Source: Acidimicrobiia bacterium (GTDB taxonomy: Bacteria > Actinomycetota > Acidimicrobiia > IMCC26256 > Chersky-534). From it: DNA of 43,581 nucleotides. The stretch spans positions 1-43,581 of the forward strand of contig JADGOM010000067.1 of the NCBI GenBank assembly GCA_017882925.1. The letters are read 5' to 3'. The translations under genes were made by a program, and so were the position numbers. Positions 27,287-34,990 of the stretch are shown here, in pieces. Each line of letters begins with the position of its first letter. Position 1 is the first letter of the stretch. A model generated the notes under the pieces. The model made no database searches. It was given only the letters and a program-made list of their open reading frames with translations, and was not told the DNA's origin.

Positions 27287-27335
27287 CCGAGGGCGTGCAC
27301 CGACCCCGGTAGTCGGGGTCAGTGCACGCCCTCGG
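27287..27335 (-). terminator. 49-nt near-perfect inverted repeat (14 bp + 7 bp stem, 5-nt loop) straddling the stop codon of the PTE-like gene
   Basis: ccgagggcgtgcac (27287-27300) pairs with gtgcacgccctcgg (27322-27335). gaccccg (27302-27308) pairs with cggggtc (27314-27320). There is a single c/a mismatch and the loop is gtagt. One outer arm encodes the last codons (PEGVH) of the gene. No U-tract follows on the mRNA strand, so the terminator role is inferred. Confidence 0.5.
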
Positions 27336-28290
27336 GGTACGCCAGGATCCGACGGGGGTTCCCCACCAGCATCTGGTCGATCTCGGCCTCGGTGACGCCC
27401 CGGTCGAGGAGCGCCGGCAGCACGGCCTCCGGGATGTGGCGGTAGTGCCAGTCGGGCTGCGAGCGCTCGACGATGTCGTCGGGGAGGTGGTGGTTGTAGC
27501 AGGAGGCGTCGTGCGAGAGCACGATCTGCGACGCGTAGCCCCGTCGCACGAGCTCGACCACGGTGTCGACCCGGTCGTCGAAGGGCAGCAGGGCGTTGAC
27601 CCCGAAACGGTCCATCCCGAGCACCGAGCCCGGCTCCATCAGGGCCTCGAGGTACCCCAGGTCGGTGGTGTCGCCGCTGTGGCCGATGACCACCCGGCTG
27701 AGGTCGACGCCCTCCTCGCGGAACACGCGCTGCTGGTCGAGGCCGCGGCGGGTGAGCGCGTGGGTGTGGGTCGAGATCGGCGCGCCGGTGAGGCGGTGGG
27801 CCCCGGCGACGGCCCGCAGCACGCGCTCGTTCGCGGGAGTGAGGCCCTCCTCGTCGACCGCGCACTTCAGGATCCCGGCCTTCACGCCGGTGTCGGCGAT
27901 GCCGACGGTGAGGTCCTGCACGAAGAGGTCGACGAGCGGGTCGACCCCGCCCGACGACGCCGCGGTGCGGTGGTCGAAGTAGTGCGAGATCACGTCGAGC
28001 GTCCACACGCCGGTGGCCACTACGATATTGACGTCGGTGTGGCGGGCCACCTCGGCAACGCGCGGGATGTCGCGGCCGAGCCCGAGCACGGTGAGGTCGA
28101 CCACGGTGTCGATCCCGAGCGCCTTCAGCTCGTCGAGCTTCGCGATCGCGGCGGCGATGCGGGGCTCGTCGGGGCCCCAGGTCTCCGGGTAGTTGTGCCG
28201 GATCTCCATGTCGACGATGAACACGTGCTCGTGCATGAGCGTGCGCCCGAGGTCCGCGGCCGGCACCGCACCCCGGGCCGTGGGCACCAT
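27319..28290 (-). CDS. phosphotriesterase-family (PTE/PLL-like lactonase) protein
   Basis: Starts MVPTARGAVPAADLGRTLMHEHVF (HxH). GILKCA marks the carboxylated-Lys position. HTH, GHSGD and LSHDA are also present. This is the 3' 323 codons of track ORF 27319..28545. Confidence 0.85.
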   Translation of the reverse strand: MVPTARGAVPAADLGRTLMHEHVFIVDMEIRHNYPETWGPDEPRIAAAIAKLDELKALGIDTVVDLTVLGLGRDIPRVAEVARHTDVNIVVATGVWTLDVISHYFDHRTAASSGGVDPLVDLFVQDLTVGIADTGVKAGILKCAVDEEGLTPANERVLRAVAGAHRLTGAPISTHTHALTRRGLDQQRVFREEGVDLSRVVIGHSGDTTDLGYLEALMEPGSVLGMDRFGVNALLPFDDRVDTVVELVRRGYASQIVLSHDASCYNHHLPDDIVERSQPDWHYRHIPEAVLPALLDRGVTEAEIDQMLVGNPRRILAYPEGVH

Positions 28291-28307
28291 CGCGTCGGTG
28301 TCGGGGC

Positions 28308-29624
28308 TCAGGGCCGGCCCTCGCCTTCGGTGATGTAGCGGTCGATCACCTGGTGCATCCGGAGGATGTTGCCCTCCTGGCGCGGGTTGAGCCGCAGGCC
28401 CTCGCACGCCTTCGACTTCATCCCCGCCTGCACGTAGCCGAGGTTGGTGTAGTCCTGCTCGGTGATCTCGCCCCAGTTGCGGTCGTGCCAGTTGGGGTAG
28501 TCGCGGATCTTCGGCATCTTCCACTCGGCGTCGGGGGCCGGCCACTCGAGCACCCAGGTGTCCTTGATGCAGCTGTCGGGGTCGCGACCGTTGGGCCGCA
28601 CGCGGAACATGAGCGCGGTCCCCGGGTAGAGCGGCCCGACCACGTTGGGGAACACGTAGGTGTCCTCCACCGAGGTCATCTGCGCGGGCTCGAGGCCCGA
28701 GGTGTCGAAGCCCCGGCCGCCCAGCATCCGCAGCCGCCGCTCCTGGTAGGCCTCGAGCAGGGTCGAGCCCTCGGGCGGGCCCGAGTCGCGCAGGGCCTGC
28801 ACCGCGTCGCGCTCCTCACCGAGGAACGCGCCGCCCAGCGCGGCGACGCGCATGTACAGCAGCTCGCCCTCGTCGTACTCGCCGGGCTCGAGCCCGAGCC
28901 GCGGGCTCGGCCGCAGGATGCCGCGCGCCGTGCCGATCTGGCCGTAGTGGGCGTGACCGAGCGGGAACTGCTCGTAGGCGATCGACACGTCGTCGGTGAA
29001 CGGCAGGATCTGCTGGTGCAGGCCCTGCACGTGGTACGCCTCGTTGAACGCGTCGACGACGGCCTTCCAGTTGGCGTGGATCACCGTGCTCAGGTACGAG
29101 CGGAACTTCAGCTCGTCCATCCGGTACGCGCGCAGCAGCGTGGGCAGCGGGTCGAGCATCTCGAGCAGCGGCTTCGCGTCGGGGTCGAGGTTCACGAAGA
29201 TGAAGCCGCCCCACGAGTCGACCTGCACCGGCTTCAACGCGAGGTCGTCGGGGATGCTGGTGAACTCCTCGCGGTCGGGCACGTAGCGGAGGCTGCCGTC
29301 GAGCGCGTAGGTCCACGAGTGGTAGGGGCAGCGGATCGAGTTCCCCTCGAAGTGGCCGCACCCGTGCGCGAGCTGCGTACCCCGGTGGAGGCACACGTTG
29401 GGGAACGCGTGCAGCCCGCCGGTCTCGGTGCGCACGACGATGATCGACTCGTCGCCGATCTTGTACTCGAGGAAGTCGCCGGGCGCGACGAGCTGCTCCT
29501 CCCGCCCGGCCATCTGCCACACCTTGCCGAAGACGTGCTCGAGCTCGAGGTCGAGGAACTCCTGCGACGTGTAGCGGGCGGCCGGCAGCAGGCCGTCGGG
29601 TTGGACCAGCATCGATTCCAGCAT
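28308..29624 (-). CDS. Rieske [2Fe-2S] non-haem-iron oxygenase, alpha (catalytic) subunit
   Basis: The Rieske motif is CLHRG...CPYHSW. The mononuclear-iron motif is NWKAVVDAFNEAYHVQGLH. 438 aa starting MLESMLVQPDGLLPAARY. No SD-like sequence lies upstream and there are 11 nt after the preceding stop. Confidence 0.85.
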   Translation of the reverse strand: MLESMLVQPDGLLPAARYTSQEFLDLELEHVFGKVWQMAGREEQLVAPGDFLEYKIGDESIIVVRTETGGLHAFPNVCLHRGTQLAHGCGHFEGNSIRCPYHSWTYALDGSLRYVPDREEFTSIPDDLALKPVQVDSWGGFIFVNLDPDAKPLLEMLDPLPTLLRAYRMDELKFRSYLSTVIHANWKAVVDAFNEAYHVQGLHQQILPFTDDVSIAYEQFPLGHAHYGQIGTARGILRPSPRLGLEPGEYDEGELLYMRVAALGGAFLGEERDAVQALRDSGPPEGSTLLEAYQERRLRMLGGRGFDTSGLEPAQMTSVEDTYVFPNVVGPLYPGTALMFRVRPNGRDPDSCIKDTWVLEWPAPDAEWKMPKIRDYPNWHDRNWGEITEQDYTNLGYVQAGMKSKACEGLRLNPRQEGNILRMHQVIDRYITEGEGRP

Positions 29625-29635
29625 GGAGGCCAACG

Positions 29636-30730
29636 CTAGCGACCGATCAGCCGGGCGAGGCGCGGCCCGTAGAGGGTGAGCGCGTTGAGGCCGAGGATCT
29701 TCTCCTCCACGTCGGCTGGGAGCTGGCGCTCCTTCACCGACTTCACCGCGCCGGGGTACACCGCGTCGAAGTGCGGGTAGTCGGACGCGAAGCACACGTT
29801 GTCGGCCCAGCCCTGCTCGCAGGTGGAGCCGAGGCCCGGCTCCTCGAGCTCGAAGGTCACGTAGGACCGGGTGTTGAGCACGCCCTTCGGGTCGCCGCCG
29901 AGGAAGTCGTCGGGGGCCAGCTCGAAGTGCTCCTCGATCCGGTCGGCCCACGTGGGCGCCCACCCGCAGCCGGCCTCGAAGAACCCGATGCGCAGCTGCG
30001 GGAAGCGCTGGAAGACCCCGGCGAGGGTGAGCGACACCATGGCCGTCATCTGCTCGAACGGGTGGCTGATGATGTGGCAGCCGGCGTAGGAGACCATCCG
30101 GTCGACGCCCACGGTGTCCATGCCCGAGTTGTAGGCCTCGTGCAGCATGATCGGCGCGTCGAGCCGGTCGGCGGTCTCGTAGAGCACGTCGAAGGCGGGG
30201 TCGTCGACGGTGCGGCCGCCGATCCGGTTGGGCCGCATCACCCCGGCCACGAAGTCGTACTGGTGCACGCAGCGCTCGAGCTCGGCCGCGGCGAGGGCCG
30301 GATCCTGCTGCGGGAGGAGCGCGACCCCCACGAGCTTGCTCGGGTCGCTGGCGCAGTACTCGGCGAGCAGGTCGTTGTAGGCGACGCAGCACGCGTTGGC
30401 GACGTCGGCCCGCTCGAGCAGCCCGAAGAGCAGGCCGGTGCTCGGGAACAGCACCGCGGCGTCGATGCCCTCGTCCTCGAGCACCGCGAGCCGGACCTTG
30501 GGGTCCTTCCCGCCTTCACGCCGCTCCCCGCCCGCGGACACGTGGTTCTTCATCCCGCCGGGGTACGGGTACCTGCCCGTCCACACGCGGCCTTCGAGCG
30601 CGTACTGGACCCGGCCGTCCTTGTCGCCGAGCCAGACCGGAGCGAGGTCGCGCAGGTCGTCGGGGAGTCGCGCCCGGAGCGCGTCCATGTCCTCTTCGAC
30701 GTGACCGTCGGCATCGATGACCAGGCTCAT
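29636..30730 (-). CDS. amidohydrolase-2 family protein
   Basis: Begins MSLVIDADGHVEE, with IMLHEA and FASDYPHFD. 364 aa. The ATG overlaps the HyuB stop (ATGA, 30727-30730). Confidence 0.8.
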   Translation of the reverse strand: MSLVIDADGHVEEDMDALRARLPDDLRDLAPVWLGDKDGRVQYALEGRVWTGRYPYPGGMKNHVSAGGERREGGKDPKVRLAVLEDEGIDAAVLFPSTGLLFGLLERADVANACCVAYNDLLAEYCASDPSKLVGVALLPQQDPALAAAELERCVHQYDFVAGVMRPNRIGGRTVDDPAFDVLYETADRLDAPIMLHEAYNSGMDTVGVDRMVSYAGCHIISHPFEQMTAMVSLTLAGVFQRFPQLRIGFFEAGCGWAPTWADRIEEHFELAPDDFLGGDPKGVLNTRSYVTFELEEPGLGSTCEQGWADNVCFASDYPHFDAVYPGAVKSVKERQLPADVEEKILGLNALTLYGPRLARLIGR

Positions 30731-32859
30731 GGGAGCTCCTTCGGTGGCGGGGTGTGGGTCCAACGGGTGGGGCTGACCTCGAACGACCGCGGCCCGTCGC
30801 CGATCGCGGCCTCCACGTGGAGGGCGCGTCCGGACCGCGGGTCGAGGTAGGTGCGGAACACGACGTCGGGGCCGGCGGCGCCCCAACGACGCTCGACGAG
30901 CACCGGGCAGCCGTCGGTCCAGTGGGCCGGCGCGATCGCGAGCGGCGCGCCGCTCGCCTCCGCGTACGCGACGCGGCCCCGTTGCACCACGCCGGGGTAG
31001 AGCGGGCCGGTCACCGCGTCCCCGGCGGACGCGGCGACGACGGCCTCCGCGTCGGTGACCGCGCGGGCCGGTGGCTCCGCGTCACGCAGGCGCGCGGCCC
31101 GGATCCCGGCCCGCCGCGCGTCGGTGGCCGCGGCGTCGACCGCGCCGCGTGCCTCGAGCACGACGCCGTAGACGGCGGCGGCCTCGTCGGGCTGGAAACG
31201 GCCTTCCGACACGTCGCGCGCCACCAGCTCCGCGTCGCGCTCGAGTCGGTCGCCGTAGCCACCGCCGCTCGCGATGCGCATCTCGACCGAGCCACCCGCC
31301 CGCACCGTGTTGCCGGAGCTGTTGACCGCGAGCGTCTCGGCGGCGGCGCCGTCGTGGTGCACGACGAACTCGTTGCACGCACCCGGGTCGCCACCGGCGA
31401 AGCCCTGGAGCGGGAGCCACCGGCGCATGCCGAACATCGTGCCGCTGATCTCGTCGACGCCGTGGGGCCGGAAGCTCAGCTGGTTGCCGCCGCCGGAGCG
31501 GTGCTCCCCCGCGCCCTCCACCCCCGACCGGGTGCGGCGCTCGGTGAAGAGGAGCGGGAACCACGACTCGAGGATCTCGATGTCGGGGTACGCGCCGCGC
31601 ACGTCGACGCCCACCGGGTTCCGGCCGAGGTCGCCGCCGTCGCGCTCCGCGCCGGCCGACCCTCCGACCCAGTTGCCGTCGAGCACGACGAACGCGTCGG
31701 TCACGCCGTCGGCGTCGGTCCACGACCAGATCTGGTTGCCGAGCGCAGACTCGAAGCCCGCACCCCCGAGGTAGCGGCGGGCCGGGGCGTCGGGCGACGC
31801 CGCGAGCGCGAGGTTGACGGCCTGCATGGCCACCCCGGCCGCGTTGAGGCCGACGTGCATGTGCGCGGCCGAGATCGGCGCGGGCGGCGTGGAGTTGACG
31901 ATGGACCCGACCGGGCAGCGCAGCTCGATCGGGGCGAAGATGCCCTCGTTGAAGGGCAGGTCGGCGGCCATGCGCTGGGCGAGCATGACCACGAACTCGC
32001 TCTCGATGATGTACGGCTTCGAGTTGAAGAAGTGGGTCGTCTGCGGCGACGCGCCCTCGAAGTCGAAGACCATGTGGTCACCGTCGACGGTGAGCGTGCA
32101 CGGGATCTCGTAGAAGCTCTCGTCGAACTCGGTCCACGACGTCGCGCGGTAGACACCGTCCTCGATCTGGCCGATGCGGCGACGCATCTCGGCCTCGGAC
32201 AGGTCGCGGATCGCGCGGAGGCTCTCCACGAAGGTGGCCTCCCCCACCGCGTCGATCACCGCGCCGAAGCGGTCCTGCGCGAAGTGGCAGCCGGCCACGA
32301 GGCCGCGGAGGTCCATCTCGACGATGTCGGACATGCGCACGTTGTTGCGGAAGAGGTCCCACACGTCGGTGACCTCGACGTCGCGGCGGAAGAGCCGGAC
32401 CGGCGGGAACCGGAACCCCTCCTGGAAGCATTCGGTCGCGTCGGGGGCGAACGAACCCACGACCATGCCGCCCACGTCGAGCAGGTGGGCGGAGATCACG
32501 ACCCACGCGATGCGGTCGCCCTGGTAGTAGATCGGGCGTTGCACCATGACGTCCTGCGGGTGCAGCCCGCCGCCGTTGTGGGGGTCGTTGCCGATGAACA
32601 CGTCGCCGTCGCCGATGGTGTCGCCGTGCCGCTCGATCGTGGAGCGGACCGCGTGCGACGCGGCCCCGAAGTGGAACAGCACCTGGCCCGCGCCGAGGAT
32701 GAGGCCACCGTCGGCGTCGAGCAGGGTCACCGAGTAGTCCTTCGACTCGGTGATGGTCGGGGAGATCGCGGTGTGCTCCACCGCCGAGGCCGCCTGCTCC
32801 GCGATGGCCTCGAGCCGGCTGCGGAGGACCTCGAGGTCGATGGGATCGATCACCTTCAC
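30727..32859 (-). CDS. hyuB: hydantoinase B/oxoprolinase-family protein (HyuB-type) with ~140-aa C-terminal extension
   Basis: 710 aa. The GTG start is preceded by AGGGAGG. Motifs: DPIDLEVLRSRLEAIAEQA, SPTITESKDYSVTLLD, GNDPHNGGGLHPQDV, and GGGYGDRLERDAELVARDV near residue ~550. Another ~140 aa follow. Confidence 0.9.
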   Translation of the reverse strand: MKVIDPIDLEVLRSRLEAIAEQAASAVEHTAISPTITESKDYSVTLLDADGGLILGAGQVLFHFGAASHAVRSTIERHGDTIGDGDVFIGNDPHNGGGLHPQDVMVQRPIYYQGDRIAWVVISAHLLDVGGMVVGSFAPDATECFQEGFRFPPVRLFRRDVEVTDVWDLFRNNVRMSDIVEMDLRGLVAGCHFAQDRFGAVIDAVGEATFVESLRAIRDLSEAEMRRRIGQIEDGVYRATSWTEFDESFYEIPCTLTVDGDHMVFDFEGASPQTTHFFNSKPYIIESEFVVMLAQRMAADLPFNEGIFAPIELRCPVGSIVNSTPPAPISAAHMHVGLNAAGVAMQAVNLALAASPDAPARRYLGGAGFESALGNQIWSWTDADGVTDAFVVLDGNWVGGSAGAERDGGDLGRNPVGVDVRGAYPDIEILESWFPLLFTERRTRSGVEGAGEHRSGGGNQLSFRPHGVDEISGTMFGMRRWLPLQGFAGGDPGACNEFVVHHDGAAAETLAVNSSGNTVRAGGSVEMRIASGGGYGDRLERDAELVARDVSEGRFQPDEAAAVYGVVLEARGAVDAAATDARRAGIRAARLRDAEPPARAVTDAEAVVAASAGDAVTGPLYPGVVQRGRVAYAEASGAPLAIAPAHWTDGCPVLVERRWGAAGPDVVFRTYLDPRSGRALHVEAAIGDGPRSFEVSPTRWTHTPPPKELP

Positions 32860-32890
32860 GGCTGTACCTCCCTTGAAATCAGTGCAGACA

Positions 32891-34990
32891 TCAGCTCAGC
32901 ACCTCCGCCGTCGGGGGCACCTGCATCACGAGGGTGCCGTGCGGGTCGACGTGCACGGTCGCGCCCTCGGGCACCCAGATCGTGGTGTCGGTGCCGTCGA
33001 TGACCGCGGGGCCCCGGAGCCTGTGGCCCGGGCGCAACGCGGCGCCGTCGAACACGTCGACCTCGCGCCGGCCGTCGGGGCCACGTTCCAGCCGCACCGA
33101 GCGGGTGCCGACGGGTGTGGCGTCGGTGCCGTCGGGCACCGACTCGCGGTCGCCGGAGTCGAGCGACGCCTGGATCGTGCGGCCGATCCCGATGGCCCGC
33201 AGGCTCGCGAGCTCGATCGCCGCGCCCAGCACGATCGACCCGGAGCCGTAGCGCTTGGCGTACTCGGTCTTGTAGTCGTCGAGCAGCCGCCGCCCCGCGG
33301 CCTCGTCGAACGCTCCACCCGCGATCGCGATCTGGAGCTCGAAGACCTGCTTGCTGAACCGCAGGTCGCCCTCGAAGAGCACCTGCTGGTCGGCGGGCGC
33401 GATGCCGTCGGCCGCGAGGTCGTCGCGCACCTCGGTCTCGAGCTCCTCCATCAGCTTGCGGACGAGCATCGGGTCGACCGGCATCGTCGAGAGCACGGAG
33501 CGCAGCCGCTCGCGGCGCACGTCGGTGGTCGCGGCGCCGAAGGCCGACAGGACCGACGCGAGCTCGGGAACGAGCACGGTCGGCGCGCCGATCGCCCGGG
33601 CGATGTCGGGCGTGAACAGCGAGCCGCTGCCCCCGAAGCTCAGCAGCGTGTGGGTGCGCGGGTCGAGGCCCAGCGCGGCCAGCCGCCCCCGCACGGCCTT
33701 CACCATCCCGGCCAGCGCGAGCCGCCGGATGCCCCACGCGGTCTCCTCCGCGTCGAGCCCGAGGGGCTCGCCCAGGCGGGCGCACGCGGCGCGCGCCGCA
33801 TCGCCGCTGAGCTCGAAGTCGCCCCCGAGGAAGCGGCGCGGGTCGATGTAGCCGAGGACCACGAGCGCGTCGGTGACCGTGGCGTCGGTGCCGCCGCGCT
33901 GGTAGCAGGCGGGGCCGGGAACCGCGCCAGCGGACCGGGGCCCGACCCGCAGCATCCCGCGGGCGTCGACCCAGCCCCGCGAGCCACCACCCGCACCGAT
34001 CGACGCGACGTCGACCAGCGAGAGCGCGGTCCACACCCCCATGAGCTCGCCGCGCGTGCGGCGCTCGGGCTCGCCGCCCTCGATCACCGAGACGTCGAAC
34101 GACGTGCCCCCCATGTCGCAGGTGATCACGTTGGGGAAGCCGGCCGCGGCCGCGACCGAGACCGACGCGGCCACCCCGGCCGCGGGGCCCGAGACGGCCA
34201 GGCCGAGCGGGCGCCGGCGGGCCTCGGCGATCGTGATCGAGCCACCGCCGGAGTGCACGAGCAGGATCGGGACGGCGAGGCCGAGGTCGCGCAGGTCGGC
34301 GTCGAGCTGCTCGATGCCCTTGAACGCGCCGGTGGCGTAGGCGTTGAGCACCGCGAACGTGGTGCGCTCGTACTCGCGGATCGCCGGGTGCAGCGCCGCG
34401 CCCGACACCACGGGCAGGTCGGGGTAGAGCTCCTTCACCGCCTCGACGGCCTGGTGCTCGTGGGTGGGGTTGAGGAACGACCAGAAGAACGAGACCGCGA
34501 TCGCCTCCGCGCCCTCCTCCTCCACGAGTCGGCGGGCCGCGTCCTTCACGGCGTCGGGATCGAGCGCCACGACCACCTGGCCGTCGCGGTCGATCCGCTC
34601 GTCGATGCCGGCGATCGCGCGCCGGGCCACGATCTCCTGCGGGGTCGCGAGCCAGCCCTCGTCGTCGACGATGCGCGTCCCGCGCGCGAGCGGGAGCATC
34701 TCCTCGAAGCCCTTGGTCGTGAGCAGGCCGACCTTGCGGCCGGTGCGCGACGCGAGGACGTTGGTGACCGCGGTCGTGCCGAGGCCGAAGCGGGCGACCC
34801 GGGGCATGAGCTCCGCGAGCGTCGTACCGCTGCGTTCGGCCGCGAGCCCGGCGGCGGCGAGGACCCCTCGCCCCACCTCGCCCGGCGTCGTGGGCGCCTT
34901 GGCCCGCCACGTGTCGGTGCCGTCGGTGAGCACGCAGTCGGTGAACGTGCCGCCGACGTCGATGCCGATGCAGATCGAGTCGGTGCTCAA
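32891..34990 (-). CDS. hyuA: hydantoinase A/oxoprolinase-family protein (HyuA-type, ATP-binding)
   Basis: Begins (TTG)STDSICIGIDVGGTFTDCV, the ASKHA-type phosphate-1 motif. DMGGTSFDVS is also present. The only in-frame start that retains GIDVGGT is the TTG at 34990. AAGGA lies upstream and the TTG overlaps the preceding TGA (TTGA). This is the 3' 699 codons of track ORF 32891..36673. Confidence 0.85.
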   Translation of the reverse strand: MSTDSICIGIDVGGTFTDCVLTDGTDTWRAKAPTTPGEVGRGVLAAAGLAAERSGTTLAELMPRVARFGLGTTAVTNVLASRTGRKVGLLTTKGFEEMLPLARGTRIVDDEGWLATPQEIVARRAIAGIDERIDRDGQVVVALDPDAVKDAARRLVEEEGAEAIAVSFFWSFLNPTHEHQAVEAVKELYPDLPVVSGAALHPAIREYERTTFAVLNAYATGAFKGIEQLDADLRDLGLAVPILLVHSGGGSITIAEARRRPLGLAVSGPAAGVAASVSVAAAAGFPNVITCDMGGTSFDVSVIEGGEPERRTRGELMGVWTALSLVDVASIGAGGGSRGWVDARGMLRVGPRSAGAVPGPACYQRGGTDATVTDALVVLGYIDPRRFLGGDFELSGDAARAACARLGEPLGLDAEETAWGIRRLALAGMVKAVRGRLAALGLDPRTHTLLSFGGSGSLFTPDIARAIGAPTVLVPELASVLSAFGAATTDVRRERLRSVLSTMPVDPMLVRKLMEELETEVRDDLAADGIAPADQQVLFEGDLRFSKQVFELQIAIAGGAFDEAAGRRLLDDYKTEYAKRYGSGSIVLGAAIELASLRAIGIGRTIQASLDSGDRESVPDGTDATPVGTRSVRLERGPDGRREVDVFDGAALRPGHRLRGPAVIDGTDTTIWVPEGATVHVDPHGTLVMQVPPTAEVLS

